32,000 bases of DNA. Source: Bdellovibrionales bacterium (GTDB lineage Bacteria > Bdellovibrionota > Bdellovibrionia > Bdellovibrionales > UBA1609). A model generated the notes under the pieces. It was not told where the DNA came from. It made no database searches and was given only the letters and a program-made list of their open reading frames with translations. The stretch spans positions 960,001-992,000 of the forward strand of contig OZ252021.1 of assembly GCA_965247685.1 (NCBI GenBank), in the 5' to 3' direction. A program made the translations under genes and the position numbers. Every line of letters begins with the position of its first letter. The stretch's first letter is position 1. Of this stretch, positions 8,318 through 17,806 are shown in pieces.

Positions 8318-10108
8318 TTACTCTACAGTGACAGATTTAGCTAAATTTCTAGGTCGATCGACATTATGATTCAAGGAACAAGCAAAGTGATAGGCTAAAA
8401 GCTGCAACACAATGACTTCCAGTAGTGGAGTCGTCCACTCATGGCTGTCCGGCAGTGAAATATGATGAAGAGATATATTTTTCAGTTGGTTTTCAAGGGT
8501 ATTTCCAATGGTTAGTATATTTCCTCCACGAGTTTTCGCCTCTTGAAAATTAATAATATTTTTATTCATATAGGTGTCCTTAGAGATGAGTCCCACGATC
8601 AAAACATTCTCATCTACTAAGGCTAAAGGACCGTGCTTCATTTCACCTGAAGGGTATCCTTCAGCGTGGATATAGGCGAGCTCTTTCATTTTTAGAGCTC
8701 CTTCCAGTGCCATAGGGTAGTGAGGGCCTCTTCCTAAGTATAAAAATCGTTTGTATTTATGGAAAGATTGAGCCCATTGTTGAATTTGTATATTGTGTGC
8801 TAATACATCTTCGATTTGTAGAGGTAAGTTTTTTATAGCTTTCAGAATACTCCGATTTTCTTTATTGAACTGTAGAGCCATTAATAAAAGCAGAGTTAAA
8901 GTAGATGTAAAAGATTTGGTGCTTGCAACTCCCACTTCTATACCTGCTTGAAGATGGAAAGATAAATCTGCTAATCGATCCAGTGAAGAATTTTCGACAT
9001 TACAAAAGGAAAGAGTCAAAGCTCCTTTTTTTTGAGCGAGATAAAAACTTGCAAGAGTGTCTGCTGTTTCTCCACTTTGAGAGATAAACAAGATCGGATC
9101 TTTAGGGTGAATCATTGGGTTTCGATACTGAAATTCGCTGGCAAGGTCTACTTCAACAGGAATTTGAGCTAAAGATTCTATTACGTATTTTCCATAAAGA
9201 GCTGCATAATAACTGCTTCCACAAGCCACAATAAAAAGTTTTTGAGCGTCTCGTAAAGTTTTAAGTAAATCTTTATCTTTAAACTGTTCAAAAGATTGAG
9301 GATTTTGAATAAGATTGCGAATAGAAATAGGCTGATCAAAAATTTCTTTGAGCATATAATGTTCATGACCTGCTTTATCTTTTTTGCTTTGACTCCACTC
9401 TATCTTTTGAACTTTCTTTTGGATAGGTTCTCCCAAATCAGAGAAAAACTGACAACTTTGATCTTTAATGTAAAACAGCTCAGAGTTTTCTAAGATAACA
9501 ATTTTGGATGTCCAATTTTGAACCAAAGAGGGGAGATCACTGGAAATAAAAAACTCATTTTTTTCTCCAAACCCGATAATGAGGGGAGGACCTTGACGGA
9601 ATCCAATAATTTGATCTTTTAAATCTTCACAAGCCACTAAGAATGAAAAAGAGCCTTGGAGTAACTTTTGAGTTTGTAGAACAGATTGGAATAAGTTTTT
9701 TTCTTTAGAATAAAAATGTGAAATGATAGAGGCTATCACTTCTGTATCTGTTTGAGAGGTATAAGAATTAGGAAATTTTTCTTTCAGCTCATCAATATTT
9801 TCAATAATACCGTTATGAACAATAGTAATTTTTCCAAACTGATGAGGGTGGGCGTTTTTTTCTGAAGGGACTCCGTGTGTCGCCCAGCGAGTATGTCCAA
9901 TGCCAAAAGATTTTTTTTTATAAAAATTTTCTGGAATCTTTTTTTTAAGATGATTCAAATTTCCCTCAGAGCGAAATCGATGTGTACCATTAGGAGTATG
10001 AATATAAACTCCTGTGCTGTCGTATCCTCGGTACTCTAATTGTTCTAAACCCTCAATCAATATAGGAAGAGAGGGATTTGGACCTAAATAACCAATGATG
10101 CCACACAT
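8318..10108 (-). CDS. glmS: Glutamine--fructose-6-phosphate aminotransferase (isomerising)
   Basis: N-terminal MCGIIGY nucleophile motif, two SIS domains (SQSGETADT), C-terminal AKSVTVE, about 600 aa. Lies downstream of glmU on the same strand. Confidence 0.97.
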   Translation of the reverse strand: MCGIIGYLGPNPSLPILIEGLEQLEYRGYDSTGVYIHTPNGTHRFRSEGNLNHLKKKIPENFYKKKSFGIGHTRWATHGVPSEKNAHPHQFGKITIVHNGIIENIDELKEKFPNSYTSQTDTEVIASIISHFYSKEKNLFQSVLQTQKLLQGSFSFLVACEDLKDQIIGFRQGPPLIIGFGEKNEFFISSDLPSLVQNWTSKIVILENSELFYIKDQSCQFFSDLGEPIQKKVQKIEWSQSKKDKAGHEHYMLKEIFDQPISIRNLIQNPQSFEQFKDKDLLKTLRDAQKLFIVACGSSYYAALYGKYVIESLAQIPVEVDLASEFQYRNPMIHPKDPILFISQSGETADTLASFYLAQKKGALTLSFCNVENSSLDRLADLSFHLQAGIEVGVASTKSFTSTLTLLLLMALQFNKENRSILKAIKNLPLQIEDVLAHNIQIQQWAQSFHKYKRFLYLGRGPHYPMALEGALKMKELAYIHAEGYPSGEMKHGPLALVDENVLIVGLISKDTYMNKNIINFQEAKTRGGNILTIGNTLENQLKNISLHHISLPDSHEWTTPLLEVIVLQLLAYHFACSLNHNVDRPRNLAKSVTVE

Positions 10109-10110
10109 AC

Positions 10111-11508
10111 TTATTTTTTTCTTTCTTTTATCTTTTGAGGAGCTCTTGTGAGTGCAAGACTTTCAGGCGGCACATCTTTATCTATGACAGAACCTGCACC
10201 CACAATAGATTTTTCACCTATAGTCAAAGGAGCAATCAACATAGAGCCGCTTCCAATAAAAGATTGATCCTTGATTTCTGTTTTGTATTTTTTTCTGTCT
10301 ACAGCGTAATTGCAAGTGACTGTGCCGCAGCCAATGTTGACTTCTTTTCCAATCACAGAATCTCCGAGGTAAGAAACGTGAGAAGCTTTAGATTTTTCTC
10401 CAAAAGTTGTATTTTTCATCTCCACAAAATTCCCTACTTTACATGCTTTTTCAATCACTGTTTTTGGCCGAAGATGAGCAAAAGGTCCAATGATGCTTTG
10501 GGAGTGGACTTGAGCTTTTTCTAAATAGCAAGAACTTTTAATGTGAACGGAGTGATCAATTTGACTATCATAGATAAAACAATTTTGCTCGATGGCGCAA
10601 AATTTTCCGATACTAGTATTTCCTTTAAGATAAACTCCAGGGTAAATAATACTTCCAGATCCTACTTGTACATCTTCTTCGATGTGGACTTGATGAGGAT
10701 TGGGAAAGATGACCCCTTGCTGCATCAGTTGTTGAACTTTTCTATCAAAAATAAAAGCACTTGCTAAAGATAAATCTTCTTGAGTGTTCACTCCGTGAGC
10801 TGCATGAATACTGACTTCGATGGGTTTTACACTACAACCTTGTTCAAACAGTAAGGATACTAAATCGGTTAAAGGGTATTCCTTTTTGGGGTTATCATTA
10901 GTGATCAGTTTTAGATTTTTTTTTAGAAGATCTGTTTTGATCAGCATCACTCCAGAATTAATTTCATTAATTTCTGCAGTCTCTTCTGTGAGTTCATAGT
11001 GCTCTACTATTTTTTCAATTTGATCTCCGGAACGTACGATACGCCCGAATTGTTTTGGATCAGATGTAAGACAAGTCCCTATGGATAAATCGGCGGATAG
11101 AGACAAAGCTTGTTTGCAAAAATCGTGTACATCTTTAGGAGAGATGAGAGGGTGATCTCCATTAATAACCAAAGTGTAAGGTTGGAGTTTTTCTAAAGGA
11201 AGGTGCATGAGGGCTCCTGCTGTACCTTTGTGGGATGTTTGAGAGATAGGAGTGCCTTGAAAAGTTCGGATGATAGGGTGAACTAAATTTTCAGCCATTT
11301 GAGTGATCACCCAGAGATCTTTGATTAAGGGTTGAGAAGGAGAGGAGTGAGCACCGTTGGGCTGCTCTACGAGCTTTTGGCTTTCTTTCAGGCTTTGTAG
11401 AATACGAGCGAGGATGGGCTTGCCTCCTACAGGGTGCAAAGCTTTAGGAAGCGAAGAGTTCATCCTTCGACCTTCTCCAGCGCTTAAAATGACGGCAGAA
11501 ATACTCAT
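10111..11508 (-). CDS. glmU: Bifunctional UDP-N-acetylglucosamine pyrophosphorylase / glucosamine-1-phosphate N-acetyltransferase
   Basis: N-terminal nucleotidyltransferase motif AVILSAGEGRRMNSSLPK, a variant of LxxGxGTxMxxxxPK. C-terminal left-handed beta-helix hexapeptide repeats (IGKFCAIE.., IGKEVNIGCGTVT..). The track ORF runs to a TTG at 11541, but the ATG at M12 (11508, MSISAVIL) fits the family N-terminus. There is a ~17-aa insertion (QKLVEQPNGAHSSPSQP) relative to the E. coli protein as I remember it. Confidence 0.9.
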   Translation of the reverse strand: MSISAVILSAGEGRRMNSSLPKALHPVGGKPILARILQSLKESQKLVEQPNGAHSSPSQPLIKDLWVITQMAENLVHPIIRTFQGTPISQTSHKGTAGALMHLPLEKLQPYTLVINGDHPLISPKDVHDFCKQALSLSADLSIGTCLTSDPKQFGRIVRSGDQIEKIVEHYELTEETAEINEINSGVMLIKTDLLKKNLKLITNDNPKKEYPLTDLVSLLFEQGCSVKPIEVSIHAAHGVNTQEDLSLASAFIFDRKVQQLMQQGVIFPNPHQVHIEEDVQVGSGSIIYPGVYLKGNTSIGKFCAIEQNCFIYDSQIDHSVHIKSSCYLEKAQVHSQSIIGPFAHLRPKTVIEKACKVGNFVEMKNTTFGEKSKASHVSYLGDSVIGKEVNIGCGTVTCNYAVDRKKYKTEIKDQSFIGSGSMLIAPLTIGEKSIVGAGSVIDKDVPPESLALTRAPQKIKERKK

Positions 11509-11624
11509 CTTAGAAGCCAAGATTTGCTGATAACTGTTCAAAGGTCAAGGTAAAATTCAAAGGAAGTTTACTATCTTTAGTCTAGAGAGTTTTTAATTTT
11601 TAAATCACTTTGCTCTAGTTCCGT

Positions 11625-11630
11625 TATAAT
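11625..11630 (+). promoter_or_regulatory. Candidate -10 box for the DHp-only sensor gene
   Basis: A perfect TATAAT lies 22 nt upstream of the ATG at 11653, with AGGTGGA between them. I found no convincing -35 at 16-18 bp. Confidence 0.25.
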
Positions 11631-11652
11631 ATTTTTTCATAGGTGGAAAAAG

Positions 11653-12591
11653 ATGAACGTTACAAATGTAGAAGTTTTAAGACAACTCAGGGAAGTGACA
11701 TTGCGTATTTTTCGCACGCACTCTCTAGAGGAAATGCGCACTATGATTTTTAAAGAATTGCCTTCTCTTTGTGATGTGCAGTCCATATCTATTCAGTCAC
11801 AATCTCCGGCAGTTCAAAAGGGAGTCTATGCTGTGGCTCTCAGCGGAGAAATTGAGTGTCATCTTTGTTTTTATAAAAATCAGGTTTTTTCAAAAGGAAA
11901 TAAAAAATTTTTAACTCAAGTTGCGAAAGCTATTCATATTAATTTTCAAAAAATTGAAACACATGATCAGTTGTGTTCTTTGAAAGAGCAATGGAAATCC
12001 GCCTTTAATGCCATCTCTAAACCTATTTGTTTAACAGACGAGAATTTTTTTATTTTAAGTACTAATAAAGCTTTTATGAAACAGATTTCTACTTACAATA
12101 AGCCTCCTAAAAATATTTATGGTAAAGACTGTTTTTCTGTTTTTTTTGGCTCTCCACTGGTTGATGAAGAACAAGCACAGCTTCTTCAAACTAAAATATT
12201 TAAAAAAATTCCTCATTTGGAATCCACTTTTGAACTTCATTGCCAGAGTTTTTTAAAAGAGCGGGGAGGGGTGATTCGTCTTATTATTTTTACAGATCGC
12301 ACACAGCAGATGGATATGGAAAGAAAAATATCTCGTCTATCAGATAAGGCAGAAATGGGAATTATTGCAAGTAGTATTGCCCATGAACTCAATAACCCTT
12401 TAGGGGGAATTCAGGCGCTCTTGCAGGTGAGTTCTGTGCAGAATCCACAGACTCAAATAAAAATCAAAGAGATACTCTTGGCCGTTCAGCGATGCCAAAA
12501 GATTGTAAGTCACTTACTGAATTCTCATTCTATTAAGGAGTTTTCTCATATTCCAGAAGTCCAACCATTGGAAGATACAGCTTCTCCTTAA
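11653..12591 (+). CDS. Cytoplasmic GAF/PAS-like sensor with a HisKA (DHp) domain but no ATP-binding domain
   Basis: Canonical H-box IASSIAHELNNPLGGIQALL about 65 aa before the stop. The protein ends just after the second DHp helix. No N/G1/F/G2 boxes are present, and the next 160 nt are non-coding. AGGTGGA RBS upstream of the ATG. Confidence 0.8.
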   Translation: MNVTNVEVLRQLREVTLRIFRTHSLEEMRTMIFKELPSLCDVQSISIQSQSPAVQKGVYAVALSGEIECHLCFYKNQVFSKGNKKFLTQVAKAIHINFQKIETHDQLCSLKEQWKSAFNAISKPICLTDENFFILSTNKAFMKQISTYNKPPKNIYGKDCFSVFFGSPLVDEEQAQLLQTKIFKKIPHLESTFELHCQSFLKERGGVIRLIIFTDRTQQMDMERKISRLSDKAEMGIIASSIAHELNNPLGGIQALLQVSSVQNPQTQIKIKEILLAVQRCQKIVSHLLNSHSIKEFSHIPEVQPLEDTASP

Positions 12592-12645
12592 TTCCAGTAA
12601 AGTTTTTCAGAATTAGTCTAAGGTTAGGTATTTGGATTTTTCCTG

Positions 12646-12678
12646 TGGTCTGTCTTTTATCTCATTGGTCTGTATTTT
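12646..12678 (+). repeat. Direct repeat TGGTCTGT(C/A)TTTT x2 upstream of the NtrC-type regulator gene
   Basis: Copies at 12646..12658 and 12666..12678 match 12/13 with a 20-bp period. They lie in the 160-nt gap between the DHp-only sensor gene and the regulator gene. Confidence 0.4.
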
Positions 12679-12752
12679 TGATTATGATTCGATTGTCTAT
12701 ATTCTTTCATGTATCCTGGTTGTAGTAACTTAGGAGTATCTAGGCTTTTGGA

Positions 12753-14183
12753 ATGGACCAGTTGAAAAAAGTTTTAATTATAGACGATGAAATTTCAATG
12801 AGGCGTGCTTTACAAAACGCTTTTGAGAAAAATAATTATCAAGTCACCGCTATATCTTCTAAAAAAGAACTTTATCAGTTGTCTACAAATTATAAATTTG
12901 ATTTAGCCTTAGTGGATATGATTTTACCAGATGGAAATGGGATTGAATTGATTTCTGTATTACAGAAAAAATATTCTGGCGTTCAGATTAATATTCTTAC
13001 AGGGCATGGCTCTATTCAGTCTGCTATCGAGGCGATGAAGAAGGGAGCTTTTCATTTTTTTACAAAACCTTTTGATATCAACGAAGTATTAAATATATGT
13101 CAGAAAGCTCTCAACCAGACGAATTTGGAGAAAGAGAATCAGCATCTAAGGGCTTGCATTAAAAAGCAATATAGTTTTGAGCATATTATTGGTCAAAGTG
13201 AACCTATGGTTCATCTCTTAAAGTCTGTGAAGAAGGTGGCTCAATCAAATTCTACAGCTTTGATTCAAGGAGAAAGTGGTACAGGTAAGGAGCTTGTGGC
13301 TAAGGCGATTCATTTTAATTCTCCACGTTCTCATAAGCCTTTTATTCCAGTGCACTGTGGTGCTATCCCTCATGATCTTTTAGAGAGTGAACTGTTTGGT
13401 CATGTACAAGGGGCGTTTACCGGAGCCTATCGAGATCGTGAAGGTCGTTTCCAAGTTGCTCATGGTGGAACTATTTTTTTAGATGAGATTTCAACAATGC
13501 CTTTGAGTTTGCAGGTGAAGTTGCTTCGAGTGCTTCAAGAAAGACAATTCGAACCTGTGGGATCTACTCAGTTAACCCATTGTGATGTACGTGTGATTGC
13601 GGCAACCAATTCAGATTTAATCCAAGATGTGCGTGAAAAGAAATTTCGAGAAGATTTATTTTATCGCCTCAATGTGATTCCTATTAATGTTCCTCCATTA
13701 AGAGAACGAGTAGAGGATATTCCTTTGTTTTTAAAAACTTTTATTCATCAAATAAACCAAAAGAATAAATATAGAATTGCAAAAGTATCTTCTCGTGTGG
13801 TGCAGGCTTTACTAGCTTATTCCTGGCCTGGAAATGTTCGTGAACTAGAAAATCTAGTAGAAAGATTATGTGTCATGAAAGAAGAGGGAGTAATCGAATG
13901 GGAAGATCTTCCTCCCCCTTACAAGAAAATATCTACTCCTGTATTGAAGGATTTTCATATTCCTGATGAGGGTATTAATTTTAAATCCACGATGGTGCAG
14001 TTTGAAGACAATTTGATTCTGAATGCTCTGAAGAAAACTCAAGGAAATCGAAGTCAGGCTGCACATCTTCTTAAGATGAATCGCACGACTCTTGTTGAAA
14101 AACTGAGAAAGAAAAATATTCAATTAGATGATATAGAAGATTCTTCAGGGGACTCTTTTTCGGATTCATCTCCGATTAGATAA
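12753..14183 (+). CDS. NtrC-family sigma54-dependent response regulator
   Basis: Canonical receiver (VLIIDDE, DLALVDMILPDGNG, NILTGHGS, TKPF). AAA+ core with GESGTGKE, GAFTGA and IFLDEIST. Fis-type HTH GNRSQAAHLLKMNRTTLVEKLRK. Acidic/Ser-rich tail. Confidence 0.93.
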   Translation: MDQLKKVLIIDDEISMRRALQNAFEKNNYQVTAISSKKELYQLSTNYKFDLALVDMILPDGNGIELISVLQKKYSGVQINILTGHGSIQSAIEAMKKGAFHFFTKPFDINEVLNICQKALNQTNLEKENQHLRACIKKQYSFEHIIGQSEPMVHLLKSVKKVAQSNSTALIQGESGTGKELVAKAIHFNSPRSHKPFIPVHCGAIPHDLLESELFGHVQGAFTGAYRDREGRFQVAHGGTIFLDEISTMPLSLQVKLLRVLQERQFEPVGSTQLTHCDVRVIAATNSDLIQDVREKKFREDLFYRLNVIPINVPPLRERVEDIPLFLKTFIHQINQKNKYRIAKVSSRVVQALLAYSWPGNVRELENLVERLCVMKEEGVIEWEDLPPPYKKISTPVLKDFHIPDEGINFKSTMVQFEDNLILNALKKTQGNRSQAAHLLKMNRTTLVEKLRKKNIQLDDIEDSSGDSFSDSSPIR

Positions 14184-14235
14184 TCTCATATTTATTGATT
14201 CCAATGCTATTTGATGTTAGTCTTTCCTATCTATC

Positions 14236-15318
14236 ATGAAGCTTACTATAATGTTTCTATTGTTTTTTTCTCATGCTTGTTGGGCTGGAGAAGATTTTCG
14301 CAGCTTTGAATCTCAAGGCATGCGAATTAAAATTAAAACGGTCGTGAGTCAGTTAAGTATTCCATGGGGTTTTGTTTTTCTCCCTAATCAAGATATTTTA
14401 ATTACGGAAAAAGAGGGAAAAATTTTATGGCATAGAAAAGATGATCCTCCTCATCAATCAACTGTGGTGGAGGGGACTCCGGATGTGTATGATGGCGGAC
14501 AAGGTGGATTGTTGGATATTACTCTTCATCCTCAATTTAGAAAAACTCCTTGGGTTTATCTGACTTATAGTATTCAAAAAGATCATTTAAAGACGACTCG
14601 AGTGAGTCGTGCTTTATGGAAAGAGGGTCGACTTGAAAACTTACAAGTGCTTTTTACGGCGAAGCCTTGGTTTTCTAAGAGTATACACTTTGGATCAAGG
14701 TTGGTGTTGGATGACAAAGGTTATATGTACTTTACGGTAGGGGATAGAAATCATAGAGACAAAGCTCAAGATAGAAAGACTCATAATGGGAAAGTGATGC
14801 GGCTTTTTGATGATGGAAGAATTCCTCCAGACAATCCTTTTAAAGGGAGTCCCATTTGGAGTTATGGTCATCGTAATCCTCAAGGCATCACTTGGGTGGG
14901 TGATCAGATCTGGATTAATGAACATGGCCCTCGAGGAGGGGATGAAATTAATCACATTATCAAAGGGAAAAACTATGGCTGGCCTATCGTGACCCATGGA
15001 AAAGAGTACATTGGTGGATCCATTGGAGAAGGGTCTACACAACGGGGGAAAGAAGATCCTAAAAAGTATTATGTTCCGTCTATAGCTCCTTCCAGTTTAA
15101 TTTATTATAACGGTTCTCAATATCCGGCATGGAAGGGAAGTTTTTTTATTGGAGCTTTAGCTCATAGAAATTTACATCGTGTATCGTTTAAAAATCTGAA
15201 AGATGATGAACAGTTGTTAGGATTTTTAGGAAAACGTGTGAGAGAAGTTCAGATAGGGCCGGACGGTTTCATTTATGTAGGCTTAGAGCAGAGTTCTATT
15301 ATTGCTTTAATCCCTTAA
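14236..15318 (+). CDS. PQQ-dependent soluble sugar (aldose/sorbosone) dehydrogenase, YliI-like beta-propeller
   Basis: Signal peptide MKLTIMFLLFFSHACWA. Family motifs GLLDITLHPQF, HFGSRLVLDDKGYMYFTVGDR, GKVMRLFDDGRIPPDNPF, YGHRNPQGI, EHGPRGGDEIN and GKNYGWP. Confidence 0.85.
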   Translation: MKLTIMFLLFFSHACWAGEDFRSFESQGMRIKIKTVVSQLSIPWGFVFLPNQDILITEKEGKILWHRKDDPPHQSTVVEGTPDVYDGGQGGLLDITLHPQFRKTPWVYLTYSIQKDHLKTTRVSRALWKEGRLENLQVLFTAKPWFSKSIHFGSRLVLDDKGYMYFTVGDRNHRDKAQDRKTHNGKVMRLFDDGRIPPDNPFKGSPIWSYGHRNPQGITWVGDQIWINEHGPRGGDEINHIIKGKNYGWPIVTHGKEYIGGSIGEGSTQRGKEDPKKYYVPSIAPSSLIYYNGSQYPAWKGSFFIGALAHRNLHRVSFKNLKDDEQLLGFLGKRVREVQIGPDGFIYVGLEQSSIIALIP

Positions 15319-15372
15319 ACTTTCCATGCTTCAATCTAGTCTTTACTTTGGAATTATTTTTGAGATGGTAGG

Positions 15373-15390
15373 CTTCATTAATTAATGAAG
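15373..15390. terminator. Perfect 18-nt palindrome between convergent genes (candidate bidirectional terminator)
   Basis: CTTCATTAATTAATGAAG lies in the 143-nt gap between the stops of the sugar dehydrogenase (15318) and maeB (15462). It is AT-rich and has no strong flanking U-tract, so termination efficiency is uncertain. Confidence 0.4.
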
Positions 15391-15427
15391 TGTTATTAGA
15401 GTTTATTCAAAAATTTTTATATCAGTT

Positions 15428-15463
15428 TCTCTTTTCTTTATACTTTGAGAAAAAGAGATTTTT
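15428..15463 (+). terminator. Stem-loop plus T-tract (candidate intrinsic terminator, plus-strand sense)
   Basis: TCTCTTTTC-N10-GAAAAAGAGA (one bulged A) is followed directly by TTTTT on the plus strand. Confidence 0.4.
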
Positions 15464-17735
15464 AACTCCACTCAGCAGTTTGAATTTTAAGCAAGTTAAA
15501 TAGAATGATATGAGCGACGTCTTCTGCGGTTCCTGTTCGCTGCACAATCTCTACAGGTTTTCGAACTCCCATTAACAAAGGTCCAATGACTTCACCGTTG
15601 CCAAGTTGTTGGACCAGTTTATAAGCAATATTTGCAGAATCTAAGTTTGGAAAGATGAGAATGTTGGCTCCTTCCTGGAGAGGACTCTTGGGGAACAGCC
15701 TTTGAATAATGGAAGGGTTGATCGCTGTATCCGCTTGGATTTCACCATCAATAGGAACATGAGGATGTTTTTTCTTAAAGATTCGACAAACCTCTTGCAT
15801 CTTTGCAGGATTTTCCTGCTTCCCTATAAAATTGGAAAAACTGAGGAGGGCAATGCGGGGTTTTAAATGAATCCATTGAGCCAGCTGCAATGAATGTTCA
15901 GCAATTTGCACAACTTGCTGTGCTGTAGGATTAATATTAATGGTAGTATCTGCAAAAATAAATATGTTGTTGTTGTATAAGATAATGTTCATTCCAGAAG
16001 CAAGTTTGTTTTTTGGATCTTTAGAACCAATCACTTTGAGAATAGGGCGAACACTCTCAACATAATTTTGAGTAGCTCCTGTAATAAGCCCCTGAGCTTC
16101 ATCCATCTCCACGTACATAGCTCCAAAGTAATTGTTATCTCTCAGCAGTTTTTCAGATTCTTTATGAGATATATTTTTCTTTTGAGCTAAATTTTTAATG
16201 AATAATTCTTTTTGAGGGTGATGAGCAGGATTTTGAATCTCTATATTTTTGAGATGAGTGAGGTTCATCTGCTGAATTACTTTTGAAATCTTTTCTTTAC
16301 TTCCTAAGAGAATAGGGTGGTACAAGCCGTCTTGAATGGTGGAATTAATAGCTTGTAGTATACGAGGACTTTCTCCTTCAGGAAAAACAAGAGAGATTTT
16401 TTTTTTGGAAGCTTTAATTCTTTTATTAATGTGTTGGAAAAATATTTTTTTAGCTCCATGGAGAGCATCTAATTGGAGTTGATATTGGTTAAAGTCTATA
16501 ATGGGGTTTTGAGCCACACCACTTTGCATTGCAGCTTGAGCGACGGCACAAGCTACTTTTCTTAGTACTCGCGGATCAAAGGGCTTAGGCAGAATATATC
16601 GAGGTCCAAAACGAAATCTTTCTCCTCCATAAGCCAAAGAAACACTTTCTGGCACATCTTCTTGTGCCAGCTTTGCTAAGGCTTTGACGGCCGCAATTTT
16701 CATTTCTTTGTTGATATGAGTGGCTCTCACATCTAAGGCCGCACGAAAAATAGATGGGAATCCAAGTACATTATTGACTTGATTAGGAAAATCCACTCTT
16801 CCTGTTGCCATGATTGCATCTGGCGATACTTTTAAAGCAATATGAGGGTGAATCTCAGGATCTGGATTTGCTAAAGCAAAAATAATTGGACGATCAGACA
16901 TACTTTGAACCATCTTTGCCGTCAAAACATTTTTAACACTGAGGCCGATAAAAGCATCTGCATTTTGAATGACATCTGTAAGAGTGCGATGAGGAGTTGG
17001 AAGTGCGAATTCTGCTTTGTAGATATTTAGATTTTTTCTTTCTTTGTGAATGACTCCTTGAGAATCACACATGATAATATTTTTCTTTTGCACACCTATT
17101 TCTTGAATCAGTTTTGCACAAGCAATGGCCGCTGCTCCTGCACCGTTAAAAACAATTTTGATCTGACCGATTTCTTTTTTTGTAATCGTACAGGCGTTCA
17201 TCAAAGCTGCGGAAACAATGATGGCCGTTCCATGCTGATCATCGTGAAAAACAGGTATAGAAAGTTCTTCTTCGAGACGTTTTTCGATTTCAAAACAATC
17301 TGGTGCAGAGATATCTTCAAGGTTGATACCTCCTACGGAGGGCTCTAATGCGCGGCATGTTTGGATAAACTCTTCCTTATCTTTAACTTTTAGTTCCAAG
17401 TCAAACACATCAATACCTGCAAAGTGTTTGAAGAGAACACTTTTTCCCTCCATAACAGGTTTTGACGCAAGAGGACCGATATTTCCCAAACCTAAAACAG
17501 CGCTTCCATTTGTAATCACAGCGACTAAGTTTCCTCGTGCGGTGTAGTCAAATACAGATAAGGGGTTTTTATTAATTTCTATGCAGGGAAAAGCAACGCC
17601 AGGGCTGTATGCGAGTGCTAGATCTTCTTCCGTAGCGATTTTTTTACTGGAGTGAACTTGAATCTTTCCAGCGGGTTTTTGTTTATGAAAATCTAAAGCC
17701 TGCTCACGCATTAATTTATTATAGTCGTCATCCAT
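15462..17735 (-). CDS. maeB: NADP-dependent malic enzyme with C-terminal phosphotransacetylase-like domain
   Basis: Malic-enzyme N-terminal and NAD(P)-binding regions (YSPGVA, GNLVAVITNGSAVLGLGNIG, FNGAGAAAIA) followed by a ~330-aa PTA-like domain. About 757 aa counted from M22 (MDDDYNKLMREQALDFH). The track ORF extends to a TTG at 17798, which I consider an upstream extension. Confidence 0.93.
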   Translation of the reverse strand: MDDDYNKLMREQALDFHKQKPAGKIQVHSSKKIATEEDLALAYSPGVAFPCIEINKNPLSVFDYTARGNLVAVITNGSAVLGLGNIGPLASKPVMEGKSVLFKHFAGIDVFDLELKVKDKEEFIQTCRALEPSVGGINLEDISAPDCFEIEKRLEEELSIPVFHDDQHGTAIIVSAALMNACTITKKEIGQIKIVFNGAGAAAIACAKLIQEIGVQKKNIIMCDSQGVIHKERKNLNIYKAEFALPTPHRTLTDVIQNADAFIGLSVKNVLTAKMVQSMSDRPIIFALANPDPEIHPHIALKVSPDAIMATGRVDFPNQVNNVLGFPSIFRAALDVRATHINKEMKIAAVKALAKLAQEDVPESVSLAYGGERFRFGPRYILPKPFDPRVLRKVACAVAQAAMQSGVAQNPIIDFNQYQLQLDALHGAKKIFFQHINKRIKASKKKISLVFPEGESPRILQAINSTIQDGLYHPILLGSKEKISKVIQQMNLTHLKNIEIQNPAHHPQKELFIKNLAQKKNISHKESEKLLRDNNYFGAMYVEMDEAQGLITGATQNYVESVRPILKVIGSKDPKNKLASGMNIILYNNNIFIFADTTININPTAQQVVQIAEHSLQLAQWIHLKPRIALLSFSNFIGKQENPAKMQEVCRIFKKKHPHVPIDGEIQADTAINPSIIQRLFPKSPLQEGANILIFPNLDSANIAYKLVQQLGNGEVIGPLLMGVRKPVEIVQRTGTAEDVAHIILFNLLKIQTAEWS

Positions 17736-17806
17736 GCAATTATCACCTTTTGTTGATTCTGTTATATTGACAAATATTTTTATAAAAGGCACGCTCAAAT
17801 TGTACT

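Noticed and set aside
9181-10767. Short ORFs on either strand overlapping glmS and glmU (9181..9366, 9296..9493, 10135..10524, 10543..10767).
   Set aside because: They are embedded in two highly conserved housekeeping genes and are shadow frames with no motifs.
14695-15042. A 115-aa minus-strand ORF and a 61-aa plus-strand ORF (14807..14992) inside the PQQ dehydrogenase gene. Similar cases are 17046..17547 inside maeB, 19412..19681 and 20532..20717 inside fadJ, 22459..22644 inside scpA, and 30602..30808 inside glpX.
   Set aside because: These are overlapping frames of well-supported genes with no independent coding evidence.
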